This document shows, one piece after another, positions 1-13,430 of a stretch of DNA of 64,000 bases (the first letter of the stretch is position 1; the number at the start of each line of letters is the position of its first letter). A model generated the notes under the pieces. That model made no database searches and was not told where the DNA came from. It was given only the letters and a program-made list of their open reading frames with translations. The stretch is from Heptranchias perlo (Eukaryota): contig NC_090326.1 of the NCBI RefSeq assembly GCF_035084215.1, forward strand, positions 120,776,001-120,840,000, written 5' to 3'. The translations under genes were made by a program, and so were the position numbers.

Positions 1-229
1 ACCAACCTTATTTACCAGGCTCCGTGCATTTACACACATGGACTCCAATCTCATAAACTACCTTGCATTTGCCCCCTGTCTGATCCCTCCTATTTCTGAA
101 CTATTCTTTGCTCTAGTGCTACTTGTCCCTCCCTGTCTTCCGTGCACCTTGTTTTTCCTTGCTAATGTTTTATCCAGGTGCCATCCCCCTATTAAATTAG
201 TTATCGACCAAAAACTATTAAAATAAGGA

Positions 230-543
230 GTAATGAGACTTCACATTTTTAAAAGTTAATTTTTAGTTGTTATCAGTCGTTAAGACTTACCGCACTGTTA
301 AAACTTAATTTAGACTTGGTATTTTTAAGCGAACCTGTTTTGTGGTGATATTAGATACTTTCCAGCTGGGCAGATGAGCAAGTTTACACTTTTTCAATGA
401 TTTCCCTGATTGCAGCGGTGAACCAGCAGGAGCAAGTTCCGGATTTCCGCGTTTCACTGTGCAAGTGCGAATGCCAGAACTTGCTCCTCCGTTTTGCTCT
501 GTGCTGTTGAACTTACCGTTATTTTGCAAGCAATTTCTGCCCC
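230..543 (+). mobile_element. Right half of a non-autonomous DNA transposon (MITE family also at 24373, 45148, 54204)
   Basis: Shares gtc(g/a)ttaagacttacc(g/a)cactgttaaa and the internal palindrome gagcaagttc...gaacttgctc with the other copies; ends in caatttctgcccc (terminus-like). Confidence 0.55.
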
Positions 544-917
544 AATCTGTATGTATTGATTTTTACCTGCCATCGGAATCAGGCACGCGCACCAATATGA
601 GCTGCTTGAAATTCGTCTTATCTGTCACTAAAATTGTTTTCCATGTGTGCCCAGAGGTATAAATAACGTTAGAATGCACGTTTTGTTCGTCACTTCCCTG
701 GGAGAGCAATGCCACCTGTTTTCCAGCACCACCTATTAGTTCTTGTGTTGGGAGAGTGGGAGAAATCACTTTGTTCCAGTGCAAGTAGGGAGCACTCAGA
801 GGAAATCAAGGATTTGGCCTGGGCAACTGTAATAAGGTCAAAACCTGTAGTAGGCCGATCATACATCAGACTTCATCATTTGTGAGTTGTCAGGTCAAGC
901 TCACAGGTGGAGATTTT

Positions 918-1365
918 TCATCTCGAATTGAAGCCCACAGAATAAAAGGGACAGTGGCAACATGGATACAAAATTGACTAAGTAATAGGAAACAGAGGGT
1001 AGTGGTGTACGGCTGTTTTTCAGACTGGAGGAAGGTATGCTGTATTGTTCCCCAGGAGTCGGTACCGGGACCACTGCTATTTTTGATATACATTAATGAC
1101 TTGGACTTGGGTGTACAGGGCACAATTTCAAAATTTGCAGATGACACAAAACTTAGAAGTGTAGTAAACACTGAGGAGTATTGTGATAGGCTTCAAGAGG
1201 CATAGACAGGCTGATGGAATGGGCGGACACCAGGCAGGTGAAATTTAATGCTGAGAAGTGTGAGGTGATACATTTTAGTTGGAAGTATGAGGAGAGGCAA
1301 TATAAATTAAAGGGTACAACTCTAAAGGGGGTGTAGGAACAGGGAGACCTGGGGGTAAATGTACA
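918..1365 (+). mobile_element. CR1 LINE ORF2 reverse transcriptase fragment
   Basis: VPQESVPGPLLFLIYINDLD...SKFADDTKL motifs, followed by FNAEKCEVIHF after a frameshift. Confidence 0.9.
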
Positions 1366-1473
1366 CAGAAAATGCAGGAGAAGCTCAGCAAGCCAGGAAG
1401 CATCTGTGGTGAAAAAAGCAGAGTTAACATTTTCGGTCGAAGACCTTTCATCAGATCTGGAAGATGTTAAAGA
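1366..1473 (-). mobile_element. Penelope-like element (family A) terminal-repeat fragment with degenerate hammerhead
   Basis: Homologous to 41110-41220; minus strand reads CTGATGA-AAGGTCTTCGACC-GAAAATGTTAACT. Confidence 0.75.
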
Positions 1474-2622
1474 CACCTTTTAATCTTTCAATAATTATGG
1501 CCCATTATTAATTTGCTCCAGCCCCTGATATTTCATTTTGTATTATTAAATTGTATCCTTACCTTTGAGCTTCATACCTTTTACCTCGAGAAGGTCTTCT
1601 CTTTAAGAAATATTGTGAAAATGTTCCCTCTTGTGGGTGAACTTGTAATAGAAAACTGATCAGCATTTTTGTGTAAGATGCATGTGAAAACAATTAGAGT
1701 GACCACGACTCTGTGGTGTTTTGTGATTAATGATCTGTTTTGAAGGTGTTTTGTTTTACTGTTAATGTAGAGTGTTCTTTGAGAGGGGAGCTGCTCTTAA
1801 CATATATATATGATACAACGAATCCATTATTGAGAAGTACTGTTAAACTGTTACCATCACATATTGTAATAATTAAGCAAATAATTCATTTTAAAAAGCA
1901 ACAGTGTGCGTTTCACTTTAAACATTACGGTTCCATTTTGTGGGCAGTTCAGCAATCATACTTGACAAAAATACCTCAGCAATGTGAGCCAGAAATCCAT
2001 ATCCATCTACTTAACAGTCGCTTTACTCAAGCAAAATAAATCACTTTACCATGGTGTGGGTGGGTCCTGTGCAGCAGCATTATATCAATATAGGGCATTT
2101 GTGAAATGACAATAGATTTACATAATGGGCAGGGGAGTTTCCTTCAGTGGCATTGCATGGAGCTGATATATGTAGCCTTAATTAGATCTATATTTTTTCC
2201 ATATCTAGAACTTAAATGTTGCTAACAAAATAATAATCAGTGCATTATAGATGGTGTTACTGTGCATGTAAATAATAATTTCTGCAGGAATTCAATACAC
2301 ATACAGTGGTTTGACAGGGTGGAGAGTAATTAGCATGATAAGCCTGAAAAGAGTTTGACAGAACAATGACTTGTGCATTGTTGAGTTCCTTCATTCAATC
2401 AAAGGGTTCCCTGTGTTTGTCGTTATTCAGTGATGAAGTATTATACATTTCATAATTAACATGACATTTTGGCTGTGTAAACAACAGCAGCATGGGTAGC
2501 CGGTCTCTTTATAATATGCTGCAATTTTGTCGGCATTTCACTAATTATATTTCCAAATAAAATAACGGAGATTTCTCTTTTCAAGGATTCATCTCAGCCA
2601 TGTGGGGCTGCTTTGGTCCAGC

Positions 2623-2636
2623 CTGCTCCCTAGTGG
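2623..2636 (-). promoter_or_regulatory. Candidate CTCF-binding site upstream of the ZNF804 exon
   Basis: Minus strand CCACTAGGGAGCAG, one mismatch to the CTCF core CCASYAGRKGGCRS; motif match only. Confidence 0.4.
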
Positions 2637-2759
2637 CACTGTTTACAGCAAATGAAACAATTCAGTTAAATGCACGTTACTGAAGAGAATGGCAGTAAGA
2701 CGATAAAGTGATTGTTCTGTTTCCTCCTCTTTATACCCTATTTGGAACTGGATTGATCA

Positions 2760-3713
<954 letters not shown>

Positions 3714-6139
3714 TAAATTGTGTCTTTTGGAAAATATGCAGTCACCGAAATCAATTTTTATTTCTTACAAATTGAAACTGATTTTTTTTTGATGATGCAC
3801 TTTGTTTTCGGTATTGCTTTGATGTCTGAAGGGACGTGATGTGAAGTAATTGGTGGCAGAGTATATATGTATATAGTTGAAGCAGGGAAATGGTTTAGGG
3901 GTTTTGACAGTCCAGAAACTGACGAAACATTCATTTAGTTAATTAGAACGGCTGGCTCACTGTATATCTATATATAGAATCGGATTGTGGCTGAACGTTA
4001 AACTTACTTCTGCAGATCAATTATTTTAGAGCCTTTGCAAGCACTGCTTGCTATTGCTACTTATTTTTTAACATTACAGGTACAATTGTGTTTTAATGGT
4101 AAAGAGTGGTGTCCAAGTGCTCAATTCCCGTTGTATACATTTTGATGCCTCGAGTTAAAACACCAATTTTATCAACCGACTGTCAGGAGAGCAATTTCCA
4201 TTCCAAATGGAAAGGTTACAACGACCATCAGTAAAAAGCTGATACATTCCGTTGCGGTCTGAACCCACTGAAGAATCCTTGGTAACATTTGTGCTAATGA
4301 TAAAATACATGCGACGCGAATGTGAGAAGTTGCGACAACGCACAGGTCAGCCTAGTTCACATTGCAACAATTTTGCCATTGGAAAGTCTGAGAAAATGAA
4401 CATGAAAAAAAACCTCCGTGCATTTGTCTGATATTGGAATTTGACAACTCAGATACTCCTGTGCCGACAAAAATCCCCAACACCCCAATTTCTGACGCTT
4501 TTTTACCGATAGTTTCAGTTTATGGTAATTCTGAATGGGGCAGAAGATGGAAATTGTAAATTGTATGTTTGACACTCACGAAAACAAATCGAACTCGATT
4601 GAATTCAGAAGGTAGCTTGCTAAGGGTTATATGACAACTGATTCAGTCATGCAAGTGTTTCTCATTGCCAGTGCCAGTTTGTAATATATTGGAACTGTGG
4701 TAAAATTTATGATGATACAGAAGTTGAAATTCCCTCGGAAAAAAATGTTGAAAATTGCCACACACATTTTGCATTTGTCAATGTCTAAAATTCCGAATTA
4801 CTGGATTAGTTGCGATGCACTTAAATGCTTTATTGTCAGTTTAAATATCTGTAAATAGCCTTGTAGCTCTATACATGTTATGATATTGGATCATTTTGGG
4901 AGACGTGCGTTTTGTAAGCCTTTATATTTCTACCATCTTCTTGATGCAATCATTTAGAAATATGTTTTTAGCTTTTGCTGATTGAGTTGTGGTGTAATTG
5001 TAAAGATAAACCTACAGGTGAACTGGGCTGCAAAACCTTCCCATTTCTATTTGACCTCTTTAGCTCTCCAAAATTCATTGAACTGAAAGCTGCTTTAAAT
5101 CTGACTGAATTTGCTTCAGATCTCTCAATTTACATGCAGGCTTTCTAATCTAATAATTGTAAAAATAACTGTTTATTTAACATTTGAAAATTATGAAGCA
5201 GAATTAGAATCATGGGCAGAATGACATTACATTTTTGCCAATATTCCACTCACAGTAAATTTAAAAAGGTATACTTATAATTTGCTAAACTATTGTGTTG
5301 GGCAAAAATTAAAATGTCACCATTTTCTAAAGGGTTAAATATGAACTTGGCAGTAGCAGTGATATACCTCTATTGTCGGAATAATTGTCTTTATAATTAA
5401 CAAACACAAGTTAACTACTGGTTAATTAATACTGGGATTGTTAATCCATTCTCCTGGCACAGAGGTTTATTGCTTAAATAATCTACAGGTGTCATTTTTT
5501 TTTTACAAACCTAGGTAGTCGTTTCCACTGATGTTGTAATTGTTGCTATTAGAATTCAAATAAAAACATGATTATTTTTGTATTTTAACCCATGGGCCGC
5601 AGTTATTTAATACTCAGTGTACCTGTATGTTGTAATGCCCACCAGTGCAGCAGCTAACTATTCAATATGTGAGGTGGGGAGCGGTGCGCGGGGGGGTGGG
5701 TGCGGCAAGGACTTCTGTAAACTCAGTCAGCAAAAAAATGTGATTCTGATGCTGAGATACTCAGTTGGAAATGACAGGAAAGGAATCCCCTTTGGAAGTT
5801 GTAATGAGCTAGAACTCATTGCTGTACTGCATTTATAAGCCTAATACAAATACACTTATGTACATAGGTTTATAGAATGCAGATTCTAGCTCTCTTAAAA
5901 GAACATTATTTTTCAGTAATCCCCCTGATTCCCCCATGCTGCTAATTTTCCAGCTGCCCATCATCTAGTCAGAGGTGGAGGTGAGCTAATCATTTTTCCA
6001 TGGTCTCCATTAATGCATGCTTTATATTATTGTGCTTATTTCTGTCTCTTCCCCATCTGGGAGATGGAGTGTGCCATGTCAAGAATCTGTGAAATGAGGC
6101 TGGCTTGATGGTTCATTTTGTAAATGTAACACATAACTA

Positions 6140-6503
6140 ATCCATACAAACCAGAAAATCCTACGTTTGATTCCCGGCCTGTGGTAAATTAGCTAATCTC
6201 AACCATGGTTGCAGTGGGGTGGGGTCACACATTTGGCCTCAGTGTCTCTGGGAAAGCCAGGGTAAAATCAACCCAAGTTCTTGTTCCTGGTTGCAATCCA
6301 GTGACTCCTGCTAGAAAATACATGTGTGTGGACATCAGGTGAGTACAATATTGGGTTCAGCTGTGATGTCACTCCACGGACATATAACCTGCTGACACTC
6401 ACTGTCTGGGCTCACACATGAAAATGATCACCGGGTGTGGTATCGGACTGGAATAGTGGAACCATACCCCAGTGTGAGTTTTTTCTCGGGAAGAAGAAAA
6501 TTG
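6140..6503 (+). mobile_element. Old tRNA-derived SINE resembling AmnSINE2
   Basis: B-box-like gtttgattccc followed by ...atccagtgactcctgctagaaa...gtgtgtggacatcaggtgag...acactcactgtctgggctcacacatgaa...gtggaaccataccccag, matching my recollection of the AmnSINE2 consensus. Confidence 0.5.
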
Positions 6504-6682
6504 GAACAGCAAAAAAGGAGAATCTATGAAATTTGCTCATAGCCAAGTCTTAGCATCATTCGATGCTGAAATGTGAACCCAGGTTCTCACTATGGGTATT
6601 TGTTGCTGTTTTCATTCAGATACTGGGTGCTAAGATTATATATCCATCATCAGCCCTTTTCATTCAGTTACTAACACATACT

Positions 6683-8306
6683 CAAAAGCAAAGTGCTGCG
6701 GATACCGGAAATCTGAAATAAAAACAGAAAATGCTGGAAAAGCTCAGCAAGTCAGGCAGCATCTGTGGAGAAAGAAACAGAGTTAACTTTTCAGGTTGAT
6801 GACCTTTCGTCAGAACTATGTTAAAGAGATAAAGTTTTTAAGCAAGTACAGAGCAAGGGAAATGGGTGGTGGGGAGGGAGGGGAGGAAAGAACAAAAAGG
6901 GAAGGTCTGTGATAGGATAGAGGACAAGTGATTAAAGAACAAAAGGGATGATGGTGCAAGGCAAGGAGGGTGGTAATGGGACAAGTAAAAAAACAAAAGA
7001 TTGGTCTGAAGGAGCTGTAAATGGCAACATCAGAACCATTACCAGCAGCTATAGTCCAACAAAAAAAAGAAAGAAAATGGGAGCAGTGGTTATGGTCTGA
7101 AGTTATTGAAATCATTGTTGAGCTCAGAGGGTTGTAAAGTGCTTAAATGAAAGATGAGCTGTTCCTCGAGCTTCTGTTGAGCTTCATTGGAACAGTGTAA
7201 GAGGCCGAGGTCAGAGTGGGACGGGGAATTAAAATGGCAAGCAACCGGCAGGTCAGGGTCACGTACCAATATCTATTATAAATTCACCGACTCCCACAGC
7301 TACCTTGATTACACTTCCTCCCACCCCGCATCTGTTCTGACAATGCCACCTTCCAAACCAGTGCTTCCAATATATCTTCCTTTTTCCTCAACCACGGTAG
7401 TTGACAGGGCCTTCGACCGTGTCTGACCCATTTCCCGCACTTCTGCCCTCACCCCTTCTCCTCCCTCCCAGAACCATGATAGGGTCCCCCTTGTCCTCAC
7501 CTTCCACCTTACCAGCCTCCCCATTCAACGTATCATCCTTCGCCATTTTCACCACCTCCAGTGCGATCCCACCACAAAACACATCTTCCCCTGCCCTCCC
7601 CTTTCAGCATTCAGAAGGGACCCCTCCCTTTGCGACACCCTGGTCCGCTCTTCCATCACCACCAACACTCGCCCTCGTCCCCACGGCACCTTCCTATGCG
7701 AGCACAGGAGATGCAATACCTGCCCTTTCACCTCCTCCCTTCCCGCCATCCAGGACCCCAAACATTCCTTCCAGGTGAAACAGCGATTTACTCGTACTTC
7801 TTTCAATTTAGTATACTGTATTCGTTGCTCACAATACGGTCTCTACATTGAAGAGACCAAACGCAGATTGGGTGATCGCTTTGCTGAACACCTCCGCTCA
7901 GTCCGCAAGCGTGAACCTGACCTGCTGGTCGCTTGCCATTTTAATTCCCCATCCCACTCCTACCCTGACCTCTCTGTCCTCAGTCTCTTACACTGTTCCA
8001 ATGAAGCTCAGCGGAAGCTCAAGGAACAGCACCTCATCTTTTGTTTAGGCACTTTACAACCTTCTGGACTCAACATTGATTTCAATAACTTCAGACCATA
8101 ACCACTGCTCCCATTTTCTTTCATTTTTTTTGTTGGACAGCAGGTGCTGGTAATTGTTCTGCTGTTGCCATTTACAGCTCCTCTAGACCCATCTTTTATT
8201 TCTTAACTTGTCTCATTACCACCCTCCTTGCCTTGCACCATGATGCCTTTTGTCATTTAATTACTCTTGCCCTCTATCCTATCACAGACCTTCCCTTTTG
8301 TTCTTT
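6683..8306. mobile_element. Truncated Penelope-like element (family A), two inverted arms (6683-7264 minus, 7265-8306 plus)
   Basis: Plus arm: RT C-terminus (YYKFTDSHSYLDY) and GIY-YIG (NLVYCIRCSQYGLYIEETKRRLGDRFAEH); minus arm: terminal repeat with hammerhead-like core at 6781-6817. Confidence 0.9.
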
Positions 8307-8403
8307 CATGGCAGGCTTTTTCTTTGGGTAACCTATTTTCAGAGTTTGTGACACATCCTACTGTGGCAATCAGTTTCTTGATTGATATATTCCATACCCA
8401 TAA

Positions 8404-8468
8404 ACAAAAGCAAAATACTGTAGATGCTGGAGATCTGAAATAAAAAGAGAGTTTTTCTGTTTTTATTT
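8404..8468. mobile_element. Ultra-short inverted PLE family A insertion
   Basis: Element 3' end on the minus strand (caaaagcaaaatactg...tgaaataaaaa) followed by inverted ttttctgtttttatttca; flanked by cataccc at 8393-8399 and 8469-8475. Confidence 0.6.
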
Positions 8469-8814
8469 CATACCCTTGTTGTATATGAGTTTTATATCCT
8501 AAACTTGAATTTCTTATGCATTTAGTACTGCTTCAGTGAAATATGGTCTTAAATTAGTCTAAATTCCAAACTACAGCAGAGATTTCTTTAGCCTTAAAAG
8601 TGAGCTCCTTAAATATTAGCATATGAACATTTAACATATTCAAACAAAATTCCTTTCCCCCCATTTTAATGGAGATGCTAACCATGGGTTAATGTCACCA
8701 TTAAAATAGTGAGCAAAGGCATTTCATATGAATGTGTTAAATGTCTGTGCACTAATATTCAAAGAGGCCAATTTTGAGGGATTCATTTCATATCTAATTT
8801 CATATTAATATTTA

Positions 8815-8895
8815 AAGAAAGAAGAAGAAAGAAAGACTTGCATTTATATATCGCCTTTCATGACCTCAGGACGTCCCAAATGCTTTACAGCCAAT
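8815..8895 (-). mobile_element. SINE 3' tail (L2-type tail, SacSINE1/Deu-SINE-like)
   Basis: Minus: attggctgtaaagcatttgggacgtcctgagg...tatataaatgcaagtc(tttc)n; related copies at 16990-17100 and ~52320-52380. Confidence 0.6.
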
Positions 8896-10179
8896 TTAAG
8901 GCATTAGAAGAGAATTTGTTAACTATAGAGTAGCTAAAGTTGCAATTCTACTGGTAACAATACAAAATGTACCTGCTGTAAAATCCAAAGTATACATTTT
9001 GCAGTTGCTATTTTAATGTAAATCTTATTCATTGTATCATATAAGTTATTCTGTGAAGCCTAGTGGACATATGGACATATGTGAAGATTTGACTTGTACA
9101 TCAGAATTTATGGTACATTTTTCTTAATTAACTTCCTACTTTTATTAAAAATTGTAATTGCAGAGCACTCCTGCTACTCAGCAATTTCCAATTCGTTTGG
9201 GCTAAAGACACTGCAGCTGAGCTTTCACAACAAGCTGTGGCCTTGTCCCATTAAGCAGACAGCATGTTTTTGCAGTGACAGATGTTGCATCTGTCACTGT
9301 ACCTGATATTAAAACAATTCAGAGTCCACTGGACACCTAATAAATTTAAAGCTATCATAAAAATGGAACAAAATTAATGTTAAGGAAAATGTCCCTCCAG
9401 AAGTGTGACAGTAACTGTTGCATAATAAAAATTAATGGGTCGTACTCCAAAATAATAAATTACACTAGAAACTGAACTGGAAGTAAAATAGAAAAACAGT
9501 TTAAAAACTCAGGCTAGTTTTGGGTAGGTGGACTTGAACCTAGAGAATTTACATTAACTTATCCTTATTATGACATAAGGGGAGAATTTATACAGACTGG
9601 AATAGAAAATAGCCTGTTTTTGATTCTGTGGTAAGCAGATTATGTCGTACTGGAGAACAGTTTGCTAACCAATATGCTTTGTTATAATATATTTAAAGGG
9701 ATTCATGAATGATTTCAGTTTGATCAATGAATAAGATATAGCAGATACAGAATCTTTAAGGGAGAAACCTCCATGATCAGTTTCAGTAGCATGTATGAAT
9801 GACAACGTGCTTGCATAACATTGCTGTGGGAACATCATTCCACATAGCATGTCAGGCTATTTACATCAAAGTTTTTGATGATTGCATATTTGAAAACTAG
9901 ATTTTCAGGATCATCCACTTCTCCTTTCCATTTAAAGTATGACCGAGCCCTACTGAAGTGGGTCAAACCAGGATCTATTTGAAAGATTAAAAATTCAATA
10001 GCAATGGCAGTCTATGAGAAGATTGCCTGTCTGCCTCAATCACAATGCTCCCAACATCTTCCCCACTCAGTTTCTCCACTACCAACATTTGAATTTTGGT
10101 TTAGGTACTTTGTGGTTCCATAGGATGGGGTACATAAAATATTTACACAAGTGATGGTAATTATATAGAAATAAAATCC

Positions 10180-10640
10180 TTTCATTGACCTGTCCATCCT
10201 CTCCAACTACCATCCCATTTCTAACTTCCCTTTTCTTGCTAAAGTCTTTGAATGCACTGTTGACTCCCAACTCTGTGCCATCTCTCCCAAAGTTCCCTGT
10301 TCATATATCTACAGTCCAGTTTCCCCCTGCTCGCAGCACTGAGACTACCATGGTGAAACTCATCAATCACATCCTCTGTGACTGTGACCATAATGCATTA
10401 TTATTCTTTGACCTCTTTGTGGTGTTGGGCATGTTCAATCACACCATCCTCCTCCATTGATTCTCCTCTCCATGGGATTTTCTTGAGTAGTTCCACTCTT
10501 ATTTGTCCCAAAACAGCCAGCAATGGCTTCTATTCCCACTCCTGCAGAGTCACCTCTAGAGTTCCCCATGGTTATATCTATGGCTCCCTCCTCTTCCTAT
10601 CTACACACAGCCCCTCAGAGACATCATTCACAGATAGCCT
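10180..10640 (+). mobile_element. Degenerate L2-clade LINE RT fragment
   Basis: Frameshifted NYHPISNFPFLAKV, STETTMVKLINHILCDCD, FNHTILL and VTSRVPHG motifs. Confidence 0.7.
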
Positions 10641-11517
10641 TTATCATATTCTCATTGGTAAAAATGGGATTCTGATAGGTTTCCATTCTACCCTACCCTT
10701 GTTGCCCACCCCCACTACCAGCAATAAGAAACTACTGCTAAGTCTTGGAAGAAGGGAGTGGAAAGGCAGATAGTCACAGTGGCCTGCACACCAGAGTTCA
10801 GCTTTGTTTGTAACTTGTAACATCAGAGGGAGCATGACCACTAAAAGCTAGTGTTATCTCTATCACAGTAGTTAGACGACACTTCTCATCTGTCACAGGT
10901 CAATGAAGTCATGCCATAAGCGTTACAATTTATCATACCTGTCCAAGAGACAGTCTACTCACTGCTCTTAATTATTGACTAGCAATAAAGGCAGCCTCAC
11001 CTTCCAAAGTCTGCTGGTTGTATATTTACTTATTATTGTCTTTTGTTTGCGACTGCAAATGAAAAATATTGAAATGGTCTAGTAAAACCTTGAAGTTTCC
11101 ACATCCAGCATGACCTGTCCTAATGAACAAGAATGATAAATTGGCACCAAGACTGCTCAACTTGAAAGCTCTTTTGTGCAGTGCATCACTGAGAATTGGG
11201 CTGAGATCACCCAACCACTTCGGAATATTTAGAAACAACTACATCTGTCAAAGACAGACGTTCACATTAAATTATGCCTGGCTGCACTTAAACCTAGCGC
11301 TCCCAGGGTGCAGGTGCTTCTTTTGCCCTCCCCCATTAACTTTGGTGGTGCTTCTGAGGGCATTTTCTGGTTACACCATGGATAGGCTCAGCAGGAACTG
11401 TGCCTGCTGAGAGTAGGTGTTGGTCCTGTTCTGGGCCTAAAGTGGGGCCTAAATTTAAAAAAGCAAATGGCAATTGGTTCCAGAAGGATCAGTTTCCATT
11501 ATTACAGGGATCATGGA

Positions 11518-13430
11518 CTCACAGAGTCATAGAATCTTACAGCACAGAAGGAGGCCATTTGAAAGAGCTGTCCAATATAATCCCATACCCCAGCTTTTTC
11601 CCCATAACCCTGCAAATTAGTCTCTTCAAGTACATGTCCAATTTTGAAAGTTCCTATGGAATCTGCTTCCACCACCCTTTCAGTTAGTGCGTTCCAGATC
11701 TTAACAACCCTCTGTGAAAAAATTTCTCCTCATTTCCCCTCTAGTTCTTTTGCCAATTATTTTAAATCTTTGACCTCTGGTTACTGACCCACTTGCCAGA
11801 GGAAACAGTTTCTCCCTATTTGCTCTATCAAAACCCCTCATAATTTTGAATACCTCTTAGTCTTCCCTTAACCTTCTCTGCTTTAAGGAGAACAATCCCA
11901 ACTTTTCCAATCTCTCCACATAACTGAAGCCCCTCATCCCTGATATCATCCTGGTAAACCTCCTCTGTACCCTCTCCAAGGCATTGCCTAAAGTGTGGTG
12001 CCCAGAATTGTACACAATATTCCAGTTGAGGCCTAACCAGTGATTTGTAAAGATTTAGCATGACTTCCTTGTTTTTGTATTCAATGCCCTTATTTACAAA
12101 GCCAGATATCCTATACGCTTTCTTAACCGCCTTATTTACTAGCCCTGACACCTTCAAAGATTTGCGAATATGCACCCCCAGGTCCCACTGCAGTACCCTC
12201 AAAATAGTACCATTTAGATTATACTGCTTCTCTATGTTGTTCCTCCCAAAGTGCATCACTTCACACTTATATGCATTAAATTGCATCTGCCCATTTCACC
12301 AGTCTGTCTATGTCCTCCTGAAGTCTTGTCACTATTTACTACATTGTCAAGTTTTGTATCAACAATAACAACAACTTGGACTTATATAGTGCCTTTAATG
12401 TAGTAAAACGTCCCAAGGCGCTTCACAGGAACGTTATCAAACAAAATTTGACACCAAACCACATACTTCGCAAACTTCAAAATTGTCCCAGGCAGAATAG
12501 AGAGAGTGCAGGGGCAAATTGAAAAGGGTATAAGAAGGACAAAGAGAGAATATGAGAAAAGATTAGTGGGTAACATAAAAGGGAACCCAAAAATCTTTTA
12601 GAAACATATAAAAAGTGAAAGCATAGTTAAAGGAATGGTGGGGCCGATTAGGGACAAAGAAGGAAAGTTTCTTGTGGAGGCAGAGGGCATGACTGAGGTA
12701 CTGAATGAGTACTTTGCATCTGTCTTCACAAAAGCAGAGGATGAAGTTAACGTCATAGAGGAGAAGAGATGGAGATATTGAATAAGATAAAAATAGATGG
12801 AAAGGAGGTGCTAAATAGGTTGACATCACTCAAAGTTAACAAGTCACCCAGTCCAGATGGGTTGCATCCTAGGTTGCTGAGGGAAGCTAGGGTGGAGATA
12901 GCAGAAGCTCTGACCACAACCTTTCAATCCTTCTTGGATATGGAAGTGGTGCCAGAGGACTGGAGGATTGCAAATGTTACACTCCTATTCAAAAGGGGGA
13001 GAGGGATAAATCTGGTAACTACAGGCCAGTCAGTCTAACATCAATGGTAGGAAAACTACTAGAGACCATTGTCAAGGACAAAATTAATATCCACTTCGAG
13101 AAGCATGGGTTAATAATGGACAGCCAGCATGGATTTGTTAAAGGCAAATCGTGTCTGATTAACCTGATTTGAGTTCTTTGATGAAGTATCAGAGAGTGTT
13201 GGTGAAGGTATTGCAGTAGATATATATATGGACTTTCAAAAGGCATTTGATAAAGTACCACAAAACAGACTTATTCGGAAAATAGAAGCAGGGATTAAAT
13301 AGATTAAAGGGATGGTGGTAACTTGGATATGTAATTGGCTACGAGATAGGAGGCAGAGAGTAGTGGAAAATGGGTGTTTTTCTGACTGGAGAGAAGTATA
13401 CAGTGGGGTCCCCCACGGATCAGTAATAGA
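11518..13430. mobile_element. CR1 LINE with inverted 5' part (3' part minus 11518-12490; 5' part plus 12490-13430)
   Basis: Minus: GTILKFA/DTKL, LVRPQLEYCVQFWAP and CR1 3' tail. Plus: KSPSPDGLHPRLLRE, DWRIANVT, DFQKAFDKVP, GVPHGSV. Confidence 0.85.
12361..12465 (-). mobile_element. L2-type 3' tail inserted in the CR1
   Basis: Minus: ggtgtcaaattttgtttgataacg...cttgggacgttttactacattaaaggcactatataagtccaagttgttg; splits the CR1 FAxD motif. Confidence 0.75.

Noticed and set aside
10370-10395. ctctgtgactgtgac as ZNF804 exon 2 (CELCDK)
   Set aside because: Context is L2 RT (NHILCDCD), not the C2H2 zinc finger.
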